A stretch of DNA of 43,541 nt. Source: a virus. Its lineage: Duplodnaviria > Caudoviricetes. This document shows, one piece after another, positions 7,580-17,479 of the stretch. Both the position numbers and the translations under genes were made by a program. Position 1 is the stretch's first letter. Each line of letters opens with the position of its first letter. The notes under the pieces are model-generated. The model did no database searches. It worked only from the letters and a program-made list of their open reading frames with translations, and was not told the origin of the DNA. The stretch is from the IMG/VR virus record IMGVR_UViG_3300002092_002327, positions 1-43,541 of that record. One strand, 5' to 3'.

Positions 7580-9621
7580 CGCCGAAGTGGTCCTAAGTTC
7601 GGGCCTGTATAGGGTTTGTCCTGACCGGGACCGGCCACAGCCAATCCGCCAGCACCGCCGCGGCCCATCGATCGGGCGAGACGCTGCACCATCTGAATGC
7701 GCTGGACGGTCTCGTCTACCATTCGCTGGAATTGCGCGGTATTCAGATTGCCGCCGCGCTGCAAGAGCGTCTGTTGCACGGCTTGACGAACGGCCGGAGT
7801 GTTGCCTGACAAGGCATTCGAGCCAGCAGCGATGGCCGAGCGGAGAGCACCGCCCCAATTCCCCGTTCCGATCTGTGTCACCATCGAACTGATCAGCGTT
7901 GGGTCGACGCCCATAGCGGCGTCGTCTGCGGCGTTTTCTACTGTCTTGGAATTGCCCGTTGCGGCATGGCGCGTCTGGAACATCGTATCTTCGCGGCCAA
8001 TTCGGCGCTGCATCAGAGCATTGCCGGGAGCCATTGCCGCCGCCTCATCGGCGAAAGCATCATTGATAAGCGGGCGGGCCTTGTCTGCGTTGCGCGCGGC
8101 GCCCTGCGCGTTGGCAATCAGGGGGTCTACATATCCCGCGCGGTAGGCGGCCTGCCCCTGCGGCGACTGCCCCTGAAACTCGGGGATAATGTCTTCGGTT
8201 CGGCCGCGTGTGGCGGCCTGCCTCCCCTGCTGAACGGCGCCGATGTCGCGGGACGTTTGGGCAAATTGAGCGTTCGCCGCTCGATATCCGTTGCTGGCGT
8301 TCTCCATCGCAGAATCGAGTTGGCGAACCGCGTTGCCGATCAACCTGGCCCGATTGCCCTGCCCAGCCTGAACTGCGGTTTGCGCCGCGTCCGCCATATC
8401 GCCGCGGATACGCTGCACGGCATCAAAGTCGTCGGGATTGACCCTCGCCAGTCGCTGGCGGTACGGCGTCAAGATTGCTTCGATGCTATCATTGGCAGGC
8501 GTCAGAACCTGCCCAGGCTGAGTCCCGATGACGCGATCGAGATTGTTTATCGCTGGTGTGACATCCACGCGGCCGGCATCATTACGAACGGCGCTATAGG
8601 CCGTGTCGGCATCGGCCGTGCGCTGTGCTGTCAGCCTCGCCTCGGTCTGAGCCGCCGTCTGCGGGCTGTCGAACCCCTCGGCGAGCGCGTTGGAAATACG
8701 CCGGCCCTGCATCGCCTGTCGGCTGTCCAGAAAGTTAAGCCCCTCTGTCCGGGCCTGCCCCGGAGCGCGGGTCGTGCTGGCAAGCAAACGCTGGCCGGCG
8801 TTCCCCATTGCGTCAGCACGGGTAAACATGCCCTGCCCTTCACTGGCAGCGGCAGACACCGAATCATCAATCTGCTGCGGCGTCATTCCGCTTTCGTGCA
8901 CGCCGCGGGCGACCTGGGAATTAGCGAACCCGGTCGGATTGACTCGAGCCCTGATATTGCTGACGATCGGAGAAGCCACCGCACCGGCGACAGACAACGC
9001 GGGCGGCAGCGCCCCACCAAGAAGGCCACCAATTCCGAAGCCTTTGAGCGCATTCATGCCGCGCTCAGCGAGGCCATTACCCTCCATCGCGCCAGAGAAT
9101 CCGCCGATAAGCGCCGAATCTCCAGCCGAGGCCGCAGTGCGAGCCATTAAGCCAGCTTCAGGAGCTAGATTGCGGGCAAGCGTCCAGCCACCACGCGCGA
9201 GACCCGCGCCGCTAGTGAGACCGCCAAGGATCTCGGCACCCGCTCCCAGAGCACCCGTATTCTTGCGCGCGTCGCCCATAATCTGGTCTTCGCGGGCCTT
9301 GGCGTAATTGTATGCCTCTGCCGGATTGATGCCGCGCTTGAACATCTCCAGCGGGGTCATAGCCGCGGCCACGATCGTATTGTCAGCGCCCAACGTCGCG
9401 CCATGGGCCAGCCGGCGCGTTAGGCCGGCGCCGGGGTCGATACCCTTGGCCTTCAGGTCGGCCTGTTCGTCTATTGCGGCCTGCTGGTATTGGTCCGGCT
9501 TCGGCGCATCGCTCGATGAGCGCAGCCTGGTTATTTCGCCGGCAAGTGTGCGCGCGGCCTCGACATCGCCAGCCGCGTCGGCATTAACCAGCGCCCGTTC
9601 CAGTGCGGAGGTATCAGCCAT
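7576..9621 (-). CDS. DNA ejection (internal virion) protein, large
   Basis: 681 aa, Ala/Gly-rich helical; third of three ejection-position genes. Confidence 0.75.
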   Translation of the reverse strand: MADTSALERALVNADAAGDVEAARTLAGEITRLRSSSDAPKPDQYQQAAIDEQADLKAKGIDPGAGLTRRLAHGATLGADNTIVAAAMTPLEMFKRGINPAEAYNYAKAREDQIMGDARKNTGALGAGAEILGGLTSGAGLARGGWTLARNLAPEAGLMARTAASAGDSALIGGFSGAMEGNGLAERGMNALKGFGIGGLLGGALPPALSVAGAVASPIVSNIRARVNPTGFANSQVARGVHESGMTPQQIDDSVSAAASEGQGMFTRADAMGNAGQRLLASTTRAPGQARTEGLNFLDSRQAMQGRRISNALAEGFDSPQTAAQTEARLTAQRTADADTAYSAVRNDAGRVDVTPAINNLDRVIGTQPGQVLTPANDSIEAILTPYRQRLARVNPDDFDAVQRIRGDMADAAQTAVQAGQGNRARLIGNAVRQLDSAMENASNGYRAANAQFAQTSRDIGAVQQGRQAATRGRTEDIIPEFQGQSPQGQAAYRAGYVDPLIANAQGAARNADKARPLINDAFADEAAAMAPGNALMQRRIGREDTMFQTRHAATGNSKTVENAADDAAMGVDPTLISSMVTQIGTGNWGGALRSAIAAGSNALSGNTPAVRQAVQQTLLQRGGNLNTAQFQRMVDETVQRIQMVQRLARSMGRGGAGGLAVAGPGQDKPYTGPNLGPLRR

Positions 9622-10910
9622 TAGTTGCTACCGTACTTCTTAAGTAGGTCGTCAACCGACTTCCCCCCACCAGTCGGCGCGGCGGGAGCGGCCGGTTCTG
9701 CCCCGCCATTCGCGGCTCTCCTCAACTTCTTCAGGCCCATATCAACGGCCTCCTTGAAATCCTTCAGAGCGGCCTTCGCCTCGTCCTCTCCCTGCGCCCT
9801 ATCAAGACGCGCCATTGCATCGCCGGCCTTTTGGCCTTCAATATCCGTAATTGCGCCACCGCCCTTGAGCATCGAATATGCAGACAGGAACGCGGTGCCC
9901 TTCAACTGCTTGTAACGGGCGAGCGCGTCCGTTCCTTCGTTGCTGTGCGTCCATGACGGGCGGTATTGGTCGAGTTGACCAAACACCTCGTTGAAGCCCT
10001 TGGAACTGACAAACTGGTCAATCTTCTTAATGGTCGCTTCGGCGTCGAGGTCAGCGCCATTATTCAAGGCAGATTGCGCCGTGCCGCGCGCTTGACCGAT
10101 CTTCTCGTCAGCTTCCTTCTTGGCATTGTCCTTCGGGATAAAGCCGACCTGCTGGCGGGTTTGCGGGTCAAGAATTGTGGTCCCGGTCGGCCCCTCAACC
10201 TTGATCGGATCACGCGCCAGATTGAATCCGGGCGGGAGTACAGATTGCTTGGCATCGCCGCTCTTGCCGAGCTGCAAAACAGCGGGCTTGCCATCCGGCC
10301 CCGTGCCCCAAATCGGTTGCATGCCGTACTCGCCCGATGTCGCCTTTTTCCTATTCATGAACTTGTCAAAGGTTAGGCTCGGATCTTCCTTCTTGGCGAA
10401 CTGATATTCCTTGATGTCGTCAGTTTGTCCGCCGGTCCCGAGCAGGCTGGGAAGCACCGTTCGAAGCAGGCCTGGATCAGAAACAATGGTCTTTGCCATC
10501 GCCGGATCAATGCCCTTGGACACAAGGAATTGCGCCGTCTGATTGTTTGGCTGCTGGCCGGTCAACGCCCCGATGATCGAGCCGCCGTTGCCCATGTTCT
10601 GGAAGTTTTCGTTGAGACTTTGCAGAAAGCCGCCAAAGCCCTGCTGCTGTGGCATAGGCAACTGGCCTTGTGCGGGCTGTGCGTTCGGGGGAAGCGCGGC
10701 AGGATCGGTCGGAGGCGGCGTGAATTGCGCCTGATCGCCAATGCGGGGCATTTGATAGCCGCCGACAGCCATGGGCGGTGCTTGGCCGGGGAAGCCGGCG
10801 CTCGGCTGGTATTGCTCCTGCTGCATCTGGGATTGACGCAGCATGTCCAGCAACCCGCCGCCCTGCCCGCCATAGGTCGATTGATTAAAGAGGGAATCGA
10901 GCAGGCCCAC
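9621..10910 (-). CDS. DNA ejection (internal virion) protein
   Basis: 429 aa; MGLL start, Gln-rich, LKGGGAITDIEG motif; synteny. Confidence 0.75.
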   Translation of the reverse strand: MGLLDSLFNQSTYGGQGGGLLDMLRQSQMQQEQYQPSAGFPGQAPPMAVGGYQMPRIGDQAQFTPPPTDPAALPPNAQPAQGQLPMPQQQGFGGFLQSLNENFQNMGNGGSIIGALTGQQPNNQTAQFLVSKGIDPAMAKTIVSDPGLLRTVLPSLLGTGGQTDDIKEYQFAKKEDPSLTFDKFMNRKKATSGEYGMQPIWGTGPDGKPAVLQLGKSGDAKQSVLPPGFNLARDPIKVEGPTGTTILDPQTRQQVGFIPKDNAKKEADEKIGQARGTAQSALNNGADLDAEATIKKIDQFVSSKGFNEVFGQLDQYRPSWTHSNEGTDALARYKQLKGTAFLSAYSMLKGGGAITDIEGQKAGDAMARLDRAQGEDEAKAALKDFKEAVDMGLKKLRRAANGGAEPAAPAAPTGGGKSVDDLLKKYGSN

Positions 10911-12014
10911 TTATGCGACCTCCACAGCTTTGTCAGTTGCCAGCTTGTAATCGACGGCCTTGAACTGGCCGATCATGCCAACCGCTTCCGGCGTGGTCTT
11001 TTCCACGTCCTGGGCCATCAAGCCGATCTGGAATGCGGGCTGGCCGATGTAGCGATAGCGATAGACCGGCGTTCCGTCGAACAGCGTTCCGACCTGCGTG
11101 ATGTCTTCCTTGGCGCGTTGGTCGGAAATCATCTTGAAGATGTTGCCGGCCGTGCTACCGCCACCGCCCCCGAACAAGGAGCCGAGCCCGCCCGCGATCG
11201 TGGCGAACTGTTGCGCGCCGCTCATTGTATTTGTTCCAGTGGACTGGCCCGAGGACTGCCCGCCGAGCCCCGCGATCGGGATGCCGATCTGCGCAAGCAG
11301 CCCGAGCGCCTGAACCGGAATGCCGCGACGCGCCGCTTCGGCCTGCAGGGTCGCATTGGCGCCCGCGTTGGCGGCGTCGGTCGCAGCCCCCGCCGCGGCA
11401 ACGCCCTGCCCCTGGTTGGCCAGCTTCTGCTGCTGCAATCCAGCAAGGATGCCGGAATTGTTGGTGCCGGCATCATAGAGGTTCCGGGCCGCGCCCTGCT
11501 GGTTGTTGACGTTCTGATTGTACTGGGCGGCGATCGTCGGAGCGACGCCCTGCAGGATGCCGCGGCCGAGCGTCTGCGAGTTCATCCCCGAGAAGTCACG
11601 ACCCGCCGCCGCGAACTGCCCGTTGGTCGAGTTCGTGATGTCGGCAATCGTCGTGCTCAGCGCGTCCTTGAAGCCCGGCGTGTCGTAAGGGTTATAATTG
11701 GTGTTCGACGCGAGCGGGTTGGTCTGGTCCTGATAGCGCTGATAGTTGGCGTTGACCGCACCGGCCTGATCCGTTGCGCCGCCGCCGTTCAACAAATCCT
11801 TGGCATAGGCGCCGATCTGCGGGGCATAGCTCGAGGAAGCCGTGTTGGCATTGTTCACCAGCGAAGTCAGCGCGCCGCTCTCCGCGCCGGTCACACCCGT
11901 GTTGCCGAGGTTGCCGGTCAACTGACCGAGGATGCCCTTGAGCGCGGGTTGAGCCGCCTCCCACGGATTAGTGGTGCTCTGCTGCGTCTGCTTTTGCTCG
12001 CTCGTTCCGCCCAT
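10911..12014 (-). CDS. DNA ejection/pilot protein with C-terminal peptidase S74-like intramolecular chaperone domain
   Basis: MGG..S/T-rich start; SDQRAKEDI...YRYRY...GLMAQDVE...VDY. Confidence 0.8.
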   Translation of the reverse strand: MGGTSEQKQTQQSTTNPWEAAQPALKGILGQLTGNLGNTGVTGAESGALTSLVNNANTASSSYAPQIGAYAKDLLNGGGATDQAGAVNANYQRYQDQTNPLASNTNYNPYDTPGFKDALSTTIADITNSTNGQFAAAGRDFSGMNSQTLGRGILQGVAPTIAAQYNQNVNNQQGAARNLYDAGTNNSGILAGLQQQKLANQGQGVAAAGAATDAANAGANATLQAEAARRGIPVQALGLLAQIGIPIAGLGGQSSGQSTGTNTMSGAQQFATIAGGLGSLFGGGGGSTAGNIFKMISDQRAKEDITQVGTLFDGTPVYRYRYIGQPAFQIGLMAQDVEKTTPEAVGMIGQFKAVDYKLATDKAVEVA

Positions 12015-12409
12015 TACAGTGCCTTTTCGATTATGACGTGCTCAACTCGATAGCCGTCGTTTGCAAGGACGCGCTCCCATCCCTTTCGGCCGTACAGCCG
12101 CATGGTGGAGCAACATTCGTCTTTTGCGTATTTCTCAATTCTTGCGAACAACGGAAGCCAGCGCTCCCTTTGATGTCCGGAACATGCTGTCAGCGTGCAG
12201 ACGCCGGCGGAAAGATGTGTGGTCGCCGCGGCCTCAACGTGATCGGAGATCGCCAGCCAGAGTAACTGACCGCCTGATAAAACCGCCTTCTCGATGTCGG
12301 CAAATTCGCTCAGCCTAGTCCGCTCGATCGCCGCGCGGATCAAATCTCTCGCCAGCGGCCAGGTCTTCTCGATATCCGCCGGATTGACGCAAAGCAGATC
12401 AACGGACAC
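12014..12409 (-). CDS. GNAT-fold virion assembly protein (P22 gp14/T7 gp13 position)
   Basis: IEKYAKDECCSTMRLYGRKGWERVL; synteny. Confidence 0.7.
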   Translation of the reverse strand: MSVDLLCVNPADIEKTWPLARDLIRAAIERTRLSEFADIEKAVLSGGQLLWLAISDHVEAAATTHLSAGVCTLTACSGHQRERWLPLFARIEKYAKDECCSTMRLYGRKGWERVLANDGYRVEHVIIEKAL

Positions 12410-13091
12410 GACGCGCCCTCAACAGGGCCCGGCCGCTAAACGTGCTCGTCGTAAAGCTTGCCTGTCCCGTCAGATAGTAGGTTGTTGTTCCAGACAGGGA
12501 CGCCCGAAGCGAAAAACTAATAGGAAAAAACAGATCGGTTGTAGCAGCCCCTCGCCAGCGCCCGTGCTGGCCCAAGGTGCTGTTCATCGTGGCCGATGTA
12601 GTGCCAAGCGATGCCCAAACGTCTGATGTCACGGACGCGCCGGCGCCGTCGAATTGCGCAATAGCAAAGATATCCCAATCACCGGCCGTTAGCGATACCG
12701 ACGTTAAATTAGCTGGCGTTGCTGTCGTCAACGCCACCGTGGCGCTTGCAGTTACGACCTCCCCAACATAACCAGCCGCGGCACTGTCGTTCGTATTGGT
12801 GCCAGAGACCGATATACCCGCCGTGCGGGTCAGCTTCCCGTCACTGTCCCCGAGCGTAACGTCTGAGTTCTGAACCAGCTTCCCGGTCGCGGTATCGAAC
12901 CGAACCAGCGCGTGGTCGGTTGCAGATGCGGGGCCAACGACATACCCGGCCGCGGCCAGTGCAGCGATGGCCGCCGCGTTCGCCGCGATGTCAGTCTCGT
13001 TCGTAGCCGTCTTTTCGTGCGCCTGCATCAGCGAACGGATGACCTTGTCGGGGTCTTTTTCCCCCAAGCCCGGAACGTAGTAATCGCTCAC
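12399..13091 (-). CDS. Tail needle/minor fibre-like protein
   Basis: GTGA coupling; short coiled coil, then GPASATDHALVRFDTATGKLVQNS and beta-rich tip. Confidence 0.65.
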   Translation of the reverse strand: MSDYYVPGLGEKDPDKVIRSLMQAHEKTATNETDIAANAAAIAALAAAGYVVGPASATDHALVRFDTATGKLVQNSDVTLGDSDGKLTRTAGISVSGTNTNDSAAAGYVGEVVTASATVALTTATPANLTSVSLTAGDWDIFAIAQFDGAGASVTSDVWASLGTTSATMNSTLGQHGRWRGAATTDLFFPISFSLRASLSGTTTYYLTGQASFTTSTFSGRALLRARRVR

Positions 13092-14788
13092 GTCAGCCCC
13101 TCTTGCTGAATATCGAGCTCTACACCGGCCGCATAGGTCCACTGAGTGGACGCAGGAACGCGCACCTTCATGCGCGAAAACCGGGTTGATCTTCGGAGAT
13201 CACAGCGTCCGGTTCGAGAGTTCATCGCGATTTCGGGCAGTGACGTTGGCGTGTTCGATACGAGTTCACGATACGACGCTGATCCAAAGACACTTGGAGC
13301 ATCAGTAACCGGCCGGAAGCCACCCAGGAAAATGCGCCGGCCGTCCGTGCCCTGCTCCGAAGTCTCCAGAGTTGCTTCCAGGTTGGACCCCGAGAAGAAC
13401 CCCAGCTTGTGCGCGCTGTTGAACTGCGCAATCAATGGCTGGGTAGAAACAGCAAACGAGTCCAGCGAGGCTGCAAGCGCATCGATTGAGGCGGAAAGCG
13501 TGTCGAGGCTTTCCAGCGTGATGCCCGGCTGCGACATGCCAAGCAGGTATTCGCCGGCCATCGAGATCGTAAACCAGCGGTCAAGCGCGTAGTCGAACCC
13601 AATAATCTTGTCGTACAGCCCGGTTGCGCCTGACGTTGACTTGTAGGCCCAGAATGCTCGCGTTGATCTCGGATCAGAGCATCCGATGAACATACGGATC
13701 TCGTTCTTGTCCAGGTCATCAAAGAACGTTCGGTCAACCCGCTCCCGCCCAATCTGCTCAGGAACGCCACCGGGTACTATCTTGAAGAAGCCCTGCGCGG
13801 AGTGAAAGAAGATAGTGCTTCCGGCGCGAACCTTGCTGTAGGGCGCGAATAGCCCCAGCCCCTCAGTTATCCGTTCGATCTGGAATATCAGCGGGGAGCC
13901 CGGAATATAGGACATCCTGCGGATAGTCTGGTCTTGAAAAATCGTACCAAACTCGCCACCCGCAACACCACGAACGATGCCCCCGTCAGGAAAGTCCTGA
14001 AAATCTGAACTATTAACGCCACTCGTCCATTGCGTTGTGTCATTCAACCCCGACCAGTGAATGCGGAACGGGTTCGAGAGCAGCCCGGAAAGAACAATAA
14101 ACCGGCCAACGACGCTGATATAGGCCGCCTGCGGAGGAGAGCCAGCATTGTCTGCAAACGCAGACGACGTTCCGAGGGTATAGGTCTGAAGAACGATGTT
14201 CTCATGCGTCGCTTTAATGAGGTTGCCGAACTGGGCAAACTCCCATTGAGCGTCCGAGGAAAGGTCCGAATAGTGAGCCGTTACCGAATGCGTGCCGGTG
14301 CCGGTCGAGGCGGTATCGATGGCCGTACCGCCGGGCGTGGCCGAGATCGTGAACGTGTCCGCCGTCAGAACCGTCTTGACGTAGTAGACGGTACCGGCCG
14401 TGATGGCGACCGGCAGCGCGCCGCCGCTGTTTGAGAACACAACGGGTTCATTGGCAGCGAACCCGTTGGAAGTCAGCGTGACCACGCCGGGGCTGGCCGA
14501 TGAAATCGTGACCGTGGCAACCTTGCCAACCGGCACCCACGAATAATCCGAGTTGTTCGCGCGATAGAGGCCGTTGACCGTGCCGGCGAAGACCGTAATC
14601 GATCCGTCCGAGTTCAGCGCGTAGAAGCCACCGCGACAGGCTGACGGCAAGGCCTGGGACAGGATTGCAAAATCCGGGAATGGTCCGTAGCCATCGCCGC
14701 GCGGCAGAACGTTGCCGATGTTCTTGGAGGTCGCGCCTTCATAGTCGGAAACGTCAGGCCGCCACTCTCCGAAGGGCAAAAGCGGCAT
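13088..14788 (-). CDS. Tail hub/nozzle protein (P22 gp10-like DNA stabilisation protein)
   Basis: 566 aa, beta-propeller-like with WSG..D...W and IG.ERVDR motifs; synteny. Confidence 0.8.
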   Translation of the reverse strand: MPLLPFGEWRPDVSDYEGATSKNIGNVLPRGDGYGPFPDFAILSQALPSACRGGFYALNSDGSITVFAGTVNGLYRANNSDYSWVPVGKVATVTISSASPGVVTLTSNGFAANEPVVFSNSGGALPVAITAGTVYYVKTVLTADTFTISATPGGTAIDTASTGTGTHSVTAHYSDLSSDAQWEFAQFGNLIKATHENIVLQTYTLGTSSAFADNAGSPPQAAYISVVGRFIVLSGLLSNPFRIHWSGLNDTTQWTSGVNSSDFQDFPDGGIVRGVAGGEFGTIFQDQTIRRMSYIPGSPLIFQIERITEGLGLFAPYSKVRAGSTIFFHSAQGFFKIVPGGVPEQIGRERVDRTFFDDLDKNEIRMFIGCSDPRSTRAFWAYKSTSGATGLYDKIIGFDYALDRWFTISMAGEYLLGMSQPGITLESLDTLSASIDALAASLDSFAVSTQPLIAQFNSAHKLGFFSGSNLEATLETSEQGTDGRRIFLGGFRPVTDAPSVFGSASYRELVSNTPTSLPEIAMNSRTGRCDLRRSTRFSRMKVRVPASTQWTYAAGVELDIQQEGLT

Positions 14789-17076
14789 TAATTGATCCTC
14801 GTCCAGGTCTCTTGAGAGGCCGTCACTTCGGTCCAGGACGAAGATGGTTCATTGATGCGGGTCCATCCTTCAGGGGTTTTCGTCGCTTCAGTCCACGTCG
14901 AAGCTGCATCGTTCTTGCGAGTCCATTCTTCGGTTTCAGTGGCTACGGGCACCCAATTGCCGGGCGCGACGCCAAAGTTGATCGCAACATCGCTGCCTGT
15001 GATCAGATACGATCCAGAGCCGGCATTGACGTAGCGGGTTTGCAGAAGCGAAACGTTGGCACCAGTAATCGAATAAGACCCGGCATCCGCCGCCAGCGAC
15101 GCAGCGCTGGTCTTGGTCAGGGTAACGCTGGCGCCAGTGACACTGTACGAACCACCACTCGCGGTAAGCTTGTACGCATGCCTTAGAGTGACAGCCGCGC
15201 CGGTTACTGCGTAGGACGACCCGGCCGCACTGACGATCCACTTGTGCAGCAGCGAGACGGCTGCACCTGATATGGCGTAGCTTCCGGCACCCGCGGCTAG
15301 TGTGAGCGCGCTCGTCTTGGTGAGCGTGACGGCAGAGCCGTTGATCGAATAAGACCCGCCGCCAACACTGACGAGGTACGCATGCCTGAGCGTGGCCGCG
15401 GCACCAGTAATGGCGTAAGACCCGCCGTTCGCCGCGACTGCATATCCATACCGCAGCGTGACGTTGGCGCCCGTAACCGCATAAGAGCCACCCAGCGCAG
15501 AGACCTTGCGGGCCTCCCTGAGCGTTACCGCCGAGCCCGTGACGCTGTACGAACCGCCGCCCACAACGAGCGGGAGATTCCTGCGCAGCGTGACCGAGGC
15601 GCCCGTAACGGCGTAAGATCCACCATTCGCCGCGACCTTGCGGCCGAGCCTGGTGGCGACCGTCGCTCCGGTAATGGCGTAGCTGCCGCCAAGCGCTGCT
15701 ATCGTCTTGTTCGAGCCCGCCGGATGCTTGAACGCCATCACGGTCATGCCGTGGCGGGCGGACTGGCTTTCCGTTGCTGTCAGATCGCCGGTCGAGCCAG
15801 CCGTGACCTTGATCGTGTCATAGCAAGCCAGCGCGACTGTCGGGCTGGTGCCGTTGTTGCGGTCGCTTCGCTCGGTCCATGTTCCCCGAACCGGAAGCGA
15901 TGTCGTGTCGGTAGCCCCGGAATTGCCCGTGACTTCCGTTGCGCCGTCCATATTGGAGACGGTATTGGCTCTGGCCCCGAATACGCCGGTAACCAGCAAT
16001 TCATTTGCTACAGCCGTCGTAACGCCGCCGGTCAACGTGACCGTGCCGCTTGCCGCTCCCATCGCCACTTCGGCGCTGGTGTCGAACGAGGGCGTTCCGG
16101 TTACGCTTGAGCGGTAAGCTCGAACCGTGCCGAGGCACCGCGAGCCGCCCGTCTTGGCGAACACATAGGACGGCGGCGACGCACCGCGGATGCAATATCC
16201 GGTCTGGTACGAGACAATCGAACCAGTCGTGTTGTTCGTCGTGTTGCCGGTCGAGTCCGACTGCGGGAATGTCCAGTCCGCATTGGTATGCAGGACGTTC
16301 GATCGGATCGCGATATCGACAACGAGAATGTCATCTTGTTGAGCCCCGGTGGGCTCGCTTAGCGCGTAGTCGCCCGAGGCATCGACGGCGGTTTCCGTGA
16401 TGCCTACGAGCGTCCAGTCTGGCTTTTGCCGAAGGACTACAGATGCGCCGGTTACGCTGTACGTGCCGCCGTCTGCGGCTACCGAGAACGGGCTTCCACC
16501 ACCGGCATCGAAAGCGACGGCGGCGAGCGCGATGGCAGTAGAATAGCTTACCGCCCTGTTGGTTAGGGCGCCGCCGCCATTGTCAAAAGAGGCGGTACTA
16601 AGTGTTACTCCGATTGAACCGTCCGTGCGTAGGTCTGCCGCTCCGGTCCATGACCCAGCACCACTGGCAAACGAAAACGCAACGAGAGACCCACCTGCGC
16701 CGACGTCGATATTACCTGACCCGGCAATAACGGCGATCGTATCCGATGGCGTGGCATTCGCAGCACCCGAGAGGGCGACCACGCCGTTTGTGAACACCGT
16801 GTCGGATGACGGGAGCGTAAAAACGATGTTGCCGGATGTTCCTGTCGGAACAACTGCGGACGCTATGCCGATCCCAGCCCCGGTGATATTTGTCAGTGTT
16901 GCAGAAACGCCGCCGATTGTGCACGCGCTCGGGTCTGTGTTGGCACCAGCACCATAGGCAACAACCAGCACACGGTCGGCGGCGGCAGTTCCGAACGACG
17001 CGCCGCTTACGGTCGAAGTGGTTCCCGTTGATCCCGTTCTAGTCGCATTATCGACAAGCGCCGAAGTAACCGCCAT
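14788..17076 (-). CDS. Ser/Thr/Gly/Ala-rich repetitive virion fibre protein (762 aa)
   Basis: Two beta-rich domains, 22-aa GGSY.(V/I)TG repeats and Trp-periodic C-terminus. Confidence 0.75.
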   Translation of the reverse strand: MAVTSALVDNATRTGSTGTTSTVSGASFGTAAADRVLVVAYGAGANTDPSACTIGGVSATLTNITGAGIGIASAVVPTGTSGNIVFTLPSSDTVFTNGVVALSGAANATPSDTIAVIAGSGNIDVGAGGSLVAFSFASGAGSWTGAADLRTDGSIGVTLSTASFDNGGGALTNRAVSYSTAIALAAVAFDAGGGSPFSVAADGGTYSVTGASVVLRQKPDWTLVGITETAVDASGDYALSEPTGAQQDDILVVDIAIRSNVLHTNADWTFPQSDSTGNTTNNTTGSIVSYQTGYCIRGASPPSYVFAKTGGSRCLGTVRAYRSSVTGTPSFDTSAEVAMGAASGTVTLTGGVTTAVANELLVTGVFGARANTVSNMDGATEVTGNSGATDTTSLPVRGTWTERSDRNNGTSPTVALACYDTIKVTAGSTGDLTATESQSARHGMTVMAFKHPAGSNKTIAALGGSYAITGATVATRLGRKVAANGGSYAVTGASVTLRRNLPLVVGGGSYSVTGSAVTLREARKVSALGGSYAVTGANVTLRYGYAVAANGGSYAITGAAATLRHAYLVSVGGGSYSINGSAVTLTKTSALTLAAGAGSYAISGAAVSLLHKWIVSAAGSSYAVTGAAVTLRHAYKLTASGGSYSVTGASVTLTKTSAASLAADAGSYSITGANVSLLQTRYVNAGSGSYLITGSDVAINFGVAPGNWVPVATETEEWTRKNDAASTWTEATKTPEGWTRINEPSSSWTEVTASQETWTRIN
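14975..15707 (-). repeat. 11 tandem degenerate 22-24 aa coding repeats
   Basis: e.g. KVAANGGSYAVTGASVTLRRNL / KVSALGGSYAVTGANVTLRYGY / KLTASGGSYSVTGASVTLTKTSAA. Confidence 0.9.
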
Positions 17077-17098
17077 TAGACCCTCACCTCAAGGGTAT

Positions 17099-17479
17099 TC
17101 AGGCCCACGTCGGGCGGGTGTCGGTCAGCCCAACGCAGAAAAACCGATGCTTCCTCCCGCAATGGCAATGGAAAACGTATATGTCCGGCGCCGGCTCGTC
17201 CGGATGGCTCTTCAGCGCCTCAACCTCATGGTTCTCAGGATGCCGACAACAAGACCGGATCATCTGGTTCTGCTCCAGATGCGCAATGTGATTCGGCTTC
17301 AGGAAATCCGGCGGGAAGTCTGCAACCTTTCGGCGCGGACATGCCTCCGTCGTGGTTTGCGGCAGCACCTGGCCCTTGAAGGCAGCCCTGCGCGCTTTCT
17401 GTCTGGCTTCCGCGGCTAGTTCGGCCTGCGTCTTCCTGGGAGGCCCGACCTCGATGGTGCCGAGCGAATGCGGGGTCAT
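17099..17479 (-). CDS. Cys/His-rich hypothetical protein (possible Zn binding)
   Basis: SCCRHPENH...FHCHCGRKHRFFC; ATGA coupling. Confidence 0.7.
   Translation of the reverse strand: MTPHSLGTIEVGPPRKTQAELAAEARQKARRAAFKGQVLPQTTTEACPRRKVADFPPDFLKPNHIAHLEQNQMIRSCCRHPENHEVEALKSHPDEPAPDIYVFHCHCGRKHRFFCVGLTDTRPTWA

Noticed and set aside
7966-9150. 394-aa plus-strand ORF
   Set aside because: Antisense shadow of the 681-aa ejection gene
10425-12053. 542-aa plus-strand ORF
   Set aside because: Antisense shadow of the ejection genes; no motifs and Arg/Leu-rich composition typical of GC-rich reverse frames
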